Source of the DNA: Leptogorgia sarmentosa
Taxonomy: Eukaryota
Direction: 5' to 3'
DNA: 64,000 bases
Assembly (NCBI GenBank): GCA_964658305.1
Contig: OZ210885.1
Coordinates: 17,484,001 to 17,548,000, forward strand
Shown: positions 37,901 through 48,203 of the stretch, in pieces
How positions within the stretch are numbered: position 1 is the stretch's first letter
Layout of the letters: each line of letters opens with the position of its first letter
Translations under genes and position numbers: made by a program
Notes under the pieces: model-generated
The model's input: the letters and a program-made list of their open reading frames with translations, nothing else
Told to the model about the DNA's origin: nothing
Databases searched by the model: none

Positions 37901-39422
37901 AAGAATGGTAAAATAACATGTAACGATTGCCCAAATTGGAAGGCATACAAGTTATATGCCCACTCGTTAGCTGTCGGTGAGAAAACAAGAACAACGTTGG
38001 ACTACCTATAATGGTTCAAGAAAAACAGTTCCAGTCGGGTAAATTTAACCAATCTTATTACTTCTGACAGTGGCAAAGGGGTTGGAAAGAAAGGCAATAA
38101 TCGTCAACGGCACGACGAAAAGGGGGAAGGTCTGGCAAAACTGCACCAACAACCATTGTAGACCGCCTTAGTCGGTTATCCAACAATGTGTCAACAACAG
38201 CGCCAATTTCATCGACAGGAAATGCAAACTTAGCAGCTAATACTAATTTGCTTGATACAGCTGAAGTGATAGTGTTACAACCATCAGCACAGTACCTTCC
38301 ATCAGAACCTCGTTCAGGACAATATGTTTCAACAGCACCATTGATACCCCAGACACAACATCCTGCAACCCCTTCCTGTCCTCTCCCAGCTGCAAGTTCT
38401 GCTCATGGATTCTTCGTTAATCTGTTACAACTCTGTCCACAACTAGTTCGCTCATGCTATGGTTGCGCGCAGCCTTTGAAGCCTGGTGGTATCATCGCGA
38501 TCCCTCCTTATGACCTAGTGATCATGTCACGGATGAACAGGGAATTTTGTGATCCAGCAACAGGCATGTCTCGATCAAGAGAGGGGAATGTTTATTTCCA
38601 TCTTCACCTCGATTGCTTTGGAAAAAAGCAACCTTATTTTAACCCACAGATGGTAGTTGTTCCGCGCGAAGTACACCAGCACCTACGACCAGAGCACATG
38701 TGTTTGTTGCAACAGTTTGGCGTTCTTGTTTGACCGATACTTCATGCTAACATTTCAAATTCGTGCCTGCGTCAGTCATGGACACGTACCTTTATTGTAC
38801 CTTTATTGTTTCTTCATTTGTTGTTCAGTTTGAAAATTATGCATGCCAAGGTCAATTGCAATTGTATTTCCTATTTTTAGGAGAGATTTGGACAATTGAG
38901 AGCAGCAGACAATTGGGTTATAGATATCAGACTATGTTTAAATTTTGTACACTTACAGAAATCGCATGCCAAAAGAACGTATCAAAATTTACTTGGAAAT
39001 ACTATGGAATACAGTGGACCTAATTAAGGTCGAATTTTGCCAACCACTTCAAGAGAATCGCCGACGAGTTCTCTTTCCTAAACGGTCGCTGCCTTCCGTT
39101 AGTGACTTCAAGTTAAAGCACCCTTTTTTCTCAATATTTTCCCGAACTTTATCATTGAGATTTTATAGTTTGGGTTGGGATTAAGCGTAGTTTATATATT
39201 CAAATTTGTCATAAACTTGGCAAAAAGCAGGCAGGGAAGACATCGACCGTTTACGATCGTTGATCATTTAGGTTTGTATCTACTCCCCAATCGTTTTTGC
39301 GCAATTCCGCGTTTTATCCTCATTTGCGGAATCCGCTTACGGAATCCGCGTTTTATCCTCATTTGCGGAATCCGCTTCCGTCATTCCGTTCCGCATTCGA
39401 TTTCCGCGTTTTATCCCAACCC
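31988..39422. mobile_element. Mutator (MULE) DNA transposon with about 250-310 bp TIRs, inserted in a 5S gene
   Basis: GGGTTGGGATAAAACGCGG...CCGCGTTTTATCCCAACCC; 10-bp TSD GTGGGCAAAG (31978-31987, 39423-39432); subterminal repeats GCGGATTCCGCAAATGAGGATAAAACGCGGA (3 left, 2 right); MULE motifs inside. Confidence 0.92.
32597..38733 (+). pseudogene. Spliced kinase + cysteine-protease-like + MULE transposase + SWIM + Zn-finger fusion gene. Exons 32597-34366, 34581-34701, 34869-34923, 35176-35357, 35456-35850, 35938-36813, 36992-37119, 37304-38733
   Basis: Kinase motifs GGSFG, VVKK, HRDLKPNN, DFG, APE, DIWSLG; GTNAC..LLDTH; MULE ADPTF, GTDGE, CFNH, NIPECAN; intron phases match. Lesions: frameshift near 33860, TAA at 38009, frameshift near 38100, SWIM C->Y. 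Confidence 0.82.
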
Positions 39423-39581
39423 GTGGGCAAAGTACTTATGGGTGACCACCTGGGAATACTTTGTGTTGTAGACTTGCTTCATTTTATTGTATGTGTGTTT
39501 GTAAATAGGTTTGCTTTCAATTTCAACTTCAGGGTTTTGTTGTTGTTACACGTTTAAAAAGTGTAACTTCCATCAACAAAT

Positions 39582-39700
39582 GTCGACGACCATACCAGTA
39601 GGAAAATACCGGTTCTCGTCTGATCACCGAAGTTAAGCCTAGGTGGGTAAAGTTAGTAGTTGGATGGGTCACCACCTGGGAATAGTTTGTGTTGTAGACT
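39582..39700 (+). rRNA. 5S rRNA gene or variant copy
   Basis: 119-nt 5S consensus with several substitutions. Confidence 0.72.
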
Positions 39701-39807
39701 TGCTTCATTTTATTGTATGTGTGTTTGTAAATAGGTTTGCTTTCAATTTCAACTTCAGGGTTTTGTTATTGTTACACGTTTAAAAAGTGTAACTTCCTTC
39801 AACAAAT

Positions 39808-39926
39808 GTCTACGAACTTACCAGTAGGAAAATACCGGTTCTCGTCTGATCACCGAAGTTAAGCCTAGGTGGGTAAAGTTAGTACTTGGATGGGTGACCA
39901 CCTGGGAATACTTTGTGTTGTAGACT
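39808..39926 (+). rRNA. 5S rRNA gene or variant copy
   Basis: 119-nt 5S consensus. Confidence 0.75.
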
Positions 39927-40033
39927 TGCTTCATTTTATTGTATGTGTGTTTGTAAATAGGTTTGCTTTCAATTTCAACTTCAGGGTTTTGTTATTGTTA
40001 CACGTTTAAAAAGTGTAACTTCCAACAACAAAT

Positions 40034-40140
40034 GTCTACGACCATACCAGTAGGAAAATACCGGTTCTCGTCTGATCACCGAAGTTAAGCCTAGGTGGGC
40101 AAAGTTAGTACTTGGATGGGTGACCACCTGGGAATACTTC
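40034..40140 (+). pseudogene. 5S copy split near its 3' end by the foldback element (remainder at 42249-42267)
   Basis: 5S runs to GGGAATACTTC and resumes ATACTTCGTGTTGTAAACT at 42249. Confidence 0.9.
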
Positions 40141-42248
40141 CACCCGATTAGCACGTTTGACGTCGGCTGCCAGCCGGAAAAATGTCGCCGATTGCTCGGC
40201 TGCCAGCCGGGCTGTACTACAGTATACTGTTCGCCGCGCATTTTGGGGACTGGATCTAGGATGATTTTGAATCGAAAAACAGCCAAAATTACGTTAAATT
40301 TAGCCAGTTTCATTGTGATACATCCTGATTCATCTTTCCGATGTTAATAGCCTACTATACAGCGACTCAATCAACGAGAAAAAAAAGATTTTAGCAAAGA
40401 GAAAACGATAAACGCAACGATGGGAATCGGAAGTACAATGCATTGCGTCAATTGCGTAATTCGCGAAACTAGCCACTTACTGCGTCACTTACCTTATTTC
40501 ACCCGCACGCCGCCGCACCTCTTCGCGCATTTTATGCAAATTATTGTTATATAAAGAACTCTGAACAGGCAATTTTATTAACAATTTGTTATGATGTACT
40601 AATATATTTTCACTAATAATTCTTAGAAACTGACCTTATAAATCTACTGATGCTCTGAAATAATGAAAACTATTTAACACATAAAGATACCTGTACAGTC
40701 AACTATATAGCTACCAGCCGAAATTTTGTCCATTAATTATTCTTCTGTATATGTGTACGGCTACCAGCCGCAGTTTTGTGTAGTATACTGTAGTATACTA
40801 CAATACCTTACGGCTACCAGCCGAAATTATTTCTATTATTCTTCCATCTACTATCTTACGGCTACCAGCCGCAAATTTGTGTAGTATACTGTAGTATACT
40901 ACAATATCTTACGGCTACCAGCCGAAGTTATATCTATTATTCTTCAATACACTATCCGGCTTACGGCTACCAGCCGCAGTTTTGTGTAGTATACTACTCT
41001 ACCAGTAGTCTATATTAAATTGAACAATAATGAGAAATAATTTCGGCTGGTAGCCGTAAGATATTGTAGTATACTACAGTATACTACACAAATTTGCGGC
41101 TGGTAGCCGTACTATAGTGGATTGAACATTGAAGAATAATAAACTTCGGCTGGTAGCCGTATGATATTGTAGTATACTACAGTATACTACACAAAACTGC
41201 GGCTGGTAGCCGTAAGATAGTAGATGGAAGAATAATAGATATAACTTCGGCTGGTAGCCGTATGATATTGTAGTATACTACAGTATACTACACAATCTGC
41301 GGCTGGTAGCCGTAAGATAGTAGATGGAAGAATAATAGAAATAATTTCGGCTGGTAGCCGTATGATATTGTAGTATACTACAGTATACTACACAATCTGC
41401 GGCTGGTAGCCGTACTATAGTAAATTGAAGAATAATAGAAATAATTTCGGCTGGTAGCCGTAAGGTATTGTAGTATACTACAGTATACTACACAAAACTG
41501 CGGCTGGTAGCCGTAAGATAGTAGATTGAAGAATAATAGATAAGTATAGATATAACTTCGGCTGGTAGCCGTATGATATTGTAGTATACTACAGTATACT
41601 ACACAAAACTGCGGCTGGTAGCCGTACTATATATACAGAAGAATAATTAATGGACAAAATTTCGGCTGGTAGCTATATGGTTGACTGTACAGGTGTCTTT
41701 ATGGGTTAAATAGTTTTCATTATTTCAGAGCATCAGTAGATTTATAAGGTCAGTTTCTAAGAATTAGATTTTTGTGCAAAAATATATTAGTACATCATAA
41801 CAAATTATTAATAAAATTGCCTGTTCAGAGTTCTTTATATAACAATAATTTGCATAAGATGCGCGAAGAGGTGCGGCGGCGTGCGGGTGAAATAAGGTAA
41901 GTGACGCAGTAAGTGGCTAGTTTCGCGAATTACGCAATTGACGCAATGCATTGTACTTCCGATTCCTATCGTTGCGTTTATCGTTTTCTCTTTGCTAAAA
42001 TCTTTTTTTTCTCGTTGATTGAGTCGCTATATAGTAGGCTATTAACATCGGAAAGATGAATCAGGATGTATCGCAATGAAACTGGCTAAATTTAACGTAA
42101 TTTTGGCTGTTTTTCGATTCAAAATCATCTTAGATCCAGTCCCCAAAATGCGCGGCGAACAGTATACTGTAGTACAGCCCGGCTGGCAGCCGAGCAATCG
42201 GCGACATTTTTCCGGCTGGCAGCCGACGTCAAACGTGCTAATCGGGTG
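40141..42248. mobile_element. Non-autonomous foldback DNA transposon (near-complete palindrome with internal tandem repeats)
   Basis: CACCCGATTAGCACGTTTGACG...CGTCAAACGTGCTAATCGGGTG; arms complementary for more than 800 bp; 7-bp TSD ATACTTC (40134-40140, 42249-42255); no ORF. Confidence 0.93.
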
Positions 42249-42469
42249 ATACTTCGTGTTGTAAACTTCCTACATTTTATTGTATGTGTCTTTGTAAATA
42301 GCTTTGCTTTCAATGTAAACTTAAGGGATTTTGTTATTGCTACATCTGGGAATGCTTTCTATCGTTGTTTTGCTAAATTTTATTCTATGCCTATTTGTAA
42401 ATATAATTGCTTTCAATTTCAACTTCAGGGTTTTGTTATTGTTACCCGTTTAAAAAGTGTATATTAAAA

Positions 42470-43900
42470 TTTACATGTTATAGAAGTTTAAGAATCTACA
42501 ATTATACACACTATATTATATATGACAAAAAGTTTCATATGCGGTGTCCATCAGCAACCCAGAAAAGGAGTTTTTATAAGACCTCTAAAACGAGGAAGTG
42601 TCTTGGCACATTTTACATTTACAGGAAGTGTATTAAATAACACTGAATGTACGTTTACCAAGAGTAAGATTTCGTTTCGGCAAATGTAGGTCAGATCTTC
42701 TTCTTGTGTTATAACAATGGAAACTGTAATTTCTAACAAAATAGTTACTTAAATACTCCGGAACCAGTTCATGTAAACATTTAAAAATAAGAGTGCACTT
42801 ATGCATCTTTCGATTTGTCTCTAAATCCTTCCAATTTAAAAGAGTTAAGGCTTCTCTAGAGGAATCATTCCTAGTAATGATGCGAGCCGCCCGATTTTGT
42901 AGTCTCTGCAGGCTATGACAACAACTGGCTGAAAGTTCACCCAAGGAGACGTCTCCATAGTTTATGATTGGTTTATTTACACTCTGGTAGACACATTTTG
43001 CCGCATTAAAGGTGAGACAATAGCGTATTCGCGACAAAATACCCAAACGTTTTGACGCTTTGGTACAAACATTATCAACCTGTTCCTTCCATGAGAGTTG
43101 CTCATCAAGCATGATACCCAAATATGAAAATGCTGTAACCCTTTCAATGATCTTACTTTGGAGTTGTAGCACAAAGATGTCTGTATTTTCCAACCTGTAT
43201 CTTGTTCCAAATAGGATACATTTTGTTTTACTCTGATTTAAGACCAGCTGCCTATCTGTCTGTCAACCATTTGTCGACACGCTTCAGATCTTCTTGCAGG
43301 GAATTTTTGATGTTATTTAATTCAGCGCCAGTTGAATATAGGACAGTGTCATCCGCATACATACCGATCGAGGTACTTTGCAAACATAGTGGTAAATCAT
43401 TTATATATGTCACAAACAGCAAAGGCCCTAATATAGTACCTTGCGGGACACCAAAATCAAGACGGAGGCTGGATGATAGTTCATTTTGATGCTGTACTCT
43501 CTGAGAACGAGTTGTAAGATAGTCTTCAAACCATATAAGACTTGGACCTCTAACTCCATAATGTTCAAGTTTATGGAGAAGACATTGATGATTTACAAGG
43601 TCAAATGCCTTTTTTACGTCAATAAATACAGCACCTGTTAGTTTCTGACCGTCCATGCCCTGAAGGATTTGGTCAACCAGATGAACAACCGCGGTTTCAG
43701 TCGAATGCATCTTACGGCAACCAGATTGAAACATAGATAAAATGTTATTTTGAGTCATGAACTGAAGTAGCTGAACCTGAACTGCACGTTCCATAACCTT
43801 TGAGAAGAGAGGTAGCACAGAAATTGGGTGGTAGTTGTTTACATCACTTTTGCTGCCTGCTTTGAAAGTAGGAATTACTTTTGCTTCTTCCACTGCTGTG
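42470..43900 (-). mobile_element. 5'-truncated CR1/L2-group LINE (RT and 3' end)
   Basis: YHPISVLP, STETA, IDVKKAFD, GVPQGTILGP, YADDT, YLGIMLD..LSW, LQRLQNRAARII. Confidence 0.85.
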
Positions 43901-43960
43901 GTATTTTACCCGTCAGAAATGTTTTATTTATAATATCGGCTTATATTATAAATTGACAGA

Positions 43961-46406
43961 AACATTAATGAACAACACAAAAAGAGAGGCTGCTGAAAGT
44001 CAAGAGAAGGTTGACAAACTAAACAGAGAGTATGAACGATTAAAACTGCTTCTCCACCCATTCTTGCAAACCCGGCCAAGGCGAATCAAGAATTCAACCA
44101 CCTTTGACAGCATAACGGATCCAAGGAACAGTACCCGTTATCGACGCCGCAAAGAAACAGCAGATATACTGAACTACATACATGGTGGAGAAGAAGCTGC
44201 AATTTATGGTGCATGGGACTTGATTGCTGCTAATGCATCTAGTGAAGTCATTGATAAACTTATCAGCACTTATAAGAGGGGTAAATATTTACAGGGTGTA
44301 TTTGGTAAGGCTATTTATGATTATAGTAACTCCGAAAATGCTCTTCAACAGGCAGTAGCTATGAAGTACCAGAATTTTCTTTCACGCCAGAAATTTAAGC
44401 TTATTTGTAAAACGCAGAGTTCAGTATTTAATGCTGAAAAGGAGATTTGGTTACCGAGGAACATGAAGTGCATGGATTTTGAGGTGTCATTACCCAAAAT
44501 AGTTAGTGATATGAAGGTAGATAAGTTCATTAAGTCTCTCGACATAGGTGCTGTATCACAACTTCCTAATTGTTCTGGTGTATCACACACTATTACTGGG
44601 TTAGTGTATATGATCTTAAACCTGTACTTAGGAACACCAAGGCTTTATAGTCAGCTAGTATGGTATAATGAGAATGTAGATCATTTTGTTTTCCAGTTCT
44701 CAGATGATGGTGCTCCAGAAACTAGTGAACTAGGTATGAGCATTGGTTCACTGACATGCTGGAATTTTGGTAGCAAGGTGAGATCTAGAGACTTCCATTA
44801 CTTGTTGCATTGTGTTAGTGTAGCGGAAAAGGATCCTGTGATGGAGGATCTGTGGCAACAGCACACAGATGAGATGGAAATTCTTGAGAGAACCATCATT
44901 AGCATTCATGGCCATCAGTGCACTGTAGAGTTCCAACCTAGTGCTGACCAATCCTGGCAAAGCTGGGCAAGCCATGAATTAAACCAAGCTGCTACATACC
45001 CCTCCCCTTATGCTAATGTGCACAAAGCAGACTTGAATAAAATTGGGAAGTCAATTGGTTTAGCACCAGGTGATACCTGGCAACCACCCACTTCAAGGAA
45101 AAGGGAAGATGCCCTAAAAAAGCTCCAGGAATTTCGAAAGGGTCTTTCAAAGAGCTTAAGCCCCTCTCAAATCCATTCCCGTGAATTACAGTTCATGGCA
45201 CAGAATGGCATACGACAAGTTGGAGCCCCTAGAGTTGGTATTTTTGCTGATCGCTTTTGGCCAGAGCCAGTGCATAATGAAATCAATGCATGGCAACACA
45301 TGCTTAATGTCCTGTACCAAGAAGCTTTGCGACGAGGTGTTGTTGAAAGTTTTTTAAGCAGACTCAGCAAACCAGCACATTGTTCTGATACACCTGCTGG
45401 TGTAGGTATTCCTAGGGCCCTTGGATGTGGTTTATCTTTTGTAGCTAAAAGTGTTCAAGAGCATTATGAAAACAAGGAGCAAAGAAGCAATAATCTTTCT
45501 ATTAGGCTTATAGGCAGGCAAGCCATTGCTATAGCAAGGTATGGCTATAGGTTAGTTGACTGTCTTCAAACTGGCTGTGAATCTGATTCTGAAAAAATAT
45601 TAAGGATGGTATTGGGGAAAGCTGTGCAAAATCTTAGAGATGCAAGCACACTTTTCAATAAGATAGATACAAATTTATCTGAAATTCACCTTCTAAGAAA
45701 TTCTTTAACCCAGTACTTTAATCTTCTGGCATTGTTTTTTCCAAGTTGTGTAAATGTCACAGTCTGGACAATTGCTTATGCATTACCATATCATGCTTCA
45801 TTGTTGTTTGACCAGTACAAAATAGGTTTTGGAATCATATCACTTCAGGCTAAAGAATCAAAGCATGCTGGTATTAAACATGATCTTGCTTTAACTAATC
45901 GTTCAACTGGCTCACAAGGCAAATGGTGGCAAGTTATGCGTGCAAACTATGTAAGGGCTTTCTATTTACCTGAGCACTATCCTATGCCAGCTTGTTATTT
46001 GTCACACTATGAGTCTCGATTACCTTCCCATATAAAGAATGCACTTTCTTGCCAGTGTGGAAGAGGTAAAGATCATTCTCTCACATGTCTTTTTTGTGAA
46101 GAGTCTAAACCAGTTGTAGAGTGTGCAATCAATGGAAATATTTCACAAGAAATCTTAGAAGTGTTACAGCCAGTGTGTTGCTCACATTGCGAAGAGCGAT
46201 TTCCAGATCAACTTTCATGTGATAAGCATGCAATGTTGGTACATGTTCAGCAAGTTGATTTTCCAAACCCATCAACCTTTGATCCCCGAACTCTTACAGT
46301 TAAGCGACTTCGAGAGGAACTATCTAAGCGTAATCTGAGCACTACTGGAAACCGTGACCATCTTAGAAAGAGATTAGAGTGTTTTCTTGCAACCCACAAT
46401 TGCTAA
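43961..46406 (+). CDS. RAG1/Transib-like DDE transposase, large terminal exon, with C-terminal Zn motifs and SAP domain; 5' part missing
   Basis: Over 800 open codons. AVAMKYQNFLSRQKF, FSDDGAP, SADQSW, EPVHNEI and QAKESKH occur in the order of the RAG1 core motifs; LTVKRLREELSKRNLSTTGNRDHLRKRL is a SAP motif. Confidence 0.6.
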
Positions 46407-47432
46407 ACTCCTGTAATCCTGCTATCCCATTCTCAACTCTGGAGATTTGTCACAGTATGTGCTCTTTTATGATGGAAAATATTGTTAAGGAAGTATGAGG
46501 ATTAGAATATTCCTTCAGTTCAGTATGTACTCTTTTGTGATGGTGGTTAGATGATGTAAAATCACATGTGCTCTTGTCTCTTGCTTTTCTTACTATGTTC
46601 TCTTTCATGAGACTTTTCTGGTAAAGATAAAGTACACACACTTTCCTCTATTTTAACATGGTATATAATTGCATGATACATATTACTGTACATAACAATA
46701 TATTACAATAATATATTAGTAAATGTTTGTAGATTTAGATTGATATATATTCAGAACTAATTTTAATTAAATATATTTAAATATGTGCACATTTGCGTCA
46801 TTGTGTTCTTTACATAAAAGTATGTATTATACTGTCAATTTATTAAATGATTGAAAATAAAACAACTTAGCCAAATGGTAACAGGTATGGGTTCAAACAA
46901 CCTTTGGGACATAAGTTTAATATCTAAAATGGTGGGTGCCAGTGTTAATGGAGATGAAAACATATCTCTGGTAGTTCATAGTTCAAGTATGTACCTGAAC
47001 AATACAAAAAGAAACTTCGACATTTCAAACAAAGGCCCATTGCCTGACAGAATAATATATAATCAAATATATAATAAAAACTGCCTTTTATAGCAGGTTA
47101 TTCAACCTCCTGGGGCCAGTTCTATGAAAACTAGATAGCGCTATTGGCCGGATAGTGATTTTTTTTAACCCTTGTTAACATGCTCGAAAAACTACAGGCA
47201 TCGAACTCATAGTTAAAATGAAACTTTAACACTGAACTTTAGTCAGGTTCATCATAGTAATAATAAATGAACAATTTTGGAAAATTTGAAAAGGCCCCTT
47301 GAGAATAAGTTTGTAATGACTTAACTTGACAAAGGCTGAAAGGTCAGGATTCATAATTAATTGTGTAAACGTTCTCTGGTTAAAAATAACGTTTACACAA
47401 TTAACTAGCAGTTTAATTTGGTTTAATAGTAT

Positions 47433-48158
47433 TTAAACATTTTGATTCATGTGGGCCTGGAGAGTGCTGTCAATAACAAAATTATCTCTTGTGTAACGTT
47501 GCACATACAAAGAAACAGTAACAACCTCCTTTGACATATTGTAATCTAGACAAAGAGGGGTTGTCGCTGTGATTGCAACAATGGAACGACCATCATACAC
47601 AGAAACTTGTTTCTCTCCAGGTGTGGTTGATGGTGCTTTCTTGAAGTGTCTGTAAGCCAACATACTTTCTCCACTGAACCGTGCCGGTGAAAACAATTTT
47701 TCAGCAGTCTCCATGGACTGAATCGTCACATAGTGTTTTATTGCACTGCCTTTCTGTTTAGTTTGCACATCCCCGCCATAGCCTCTGACCAAGACGAGAA
47801 TGTGTCGAAAAATAGCCCACGGTATGGCAATGGTAAATGCATTTACCAAACCAGTGGCCTTAGAACGGCAAAGCTTATTTTTCATAACCTGACCGATCTG
47901 CCGCAGGTAAAAATCGATCAGTGGACCAGCCAACTCGATCTTGTTGCCCACAACTTCCTCCAACAAAGCGTCCATCAACCCCATGCCATAATTTGGCTTC
48001 CCTTTCGCTTTCCGCACTCTCTTTTGCCAGTCCACTTCCACATCAAATTTAAGTGCAACTGTAGAGCTATTCCAAAATTTTTCACCCCGCTCACTAGCCT
48101 CGGCATTTGATTTTAAATCCATTACTTTGTCGCAACTCGAGGTGCTAGCATCCGCCAT
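47433..48158 (-). CDS. Unknown 241-aa protein
   Basis: Intact single-exon ORF starting in AACATGGCGG context; no recognised motif. Confidence 0.5.
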   Translation of the reverse strand: MADASTSSCDKVMDLKSNAEASERGEKFWNSSTVALKFDVEVDWQKRVRKAKGKPNYGMGLMDALLEEVVGNKIELAGPLIDFYLRQIGQVMKNKLCRSKATGLVNAFTIAIPWAIFRHILVLVRGYGGDVQTKQKGSAIKHYVTIQSMETAEKLFSPARFSGESMLAYRHFKKAPSTTPGEKQVSVYDGRSIVAITATTPLCLDYNMSKEVVTVSLYVQRYTRDNFVIDSTLQAHMNQNV

Positions 48159-48203
48159 GTTTTTCTTTTACATGTGTGGAGTACTTCAAGTTATACCGGT
48201 ATA

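Larger units (their letters stand above)
30399..42460 (+). repeat. Tandem array of variant 5S rDNA units (about 220-227 bp and 329 bp unit types), interrupted by two DNA transposons
   Basis: 5S starts at 30586, 30915, 31142, 31471, 31691, 31917, 39582, 39808 and 40034, plus a 5'-truncated copy at 30399; conserved AT-rich spacer. Confidence 0.93.

Noticed and set aside
40700..41680. CRISPR-like array of palindromic CGGCTACCAGCCG repeats with spacers
   Set aside because: The spacers are themselves two alternating repeated sequences, orientation flips at the centre, there are no cas genes and the context is eukaryotic. It is the internal repeat of a foldback transposon.
46406..48158. ProtoRAG with RAG2-like gene and RSS-like TIR
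   Set aside because: The convergent ORF shows no kelch or PHD pattern, and I found no convincing heptamer/nonamer terminus.
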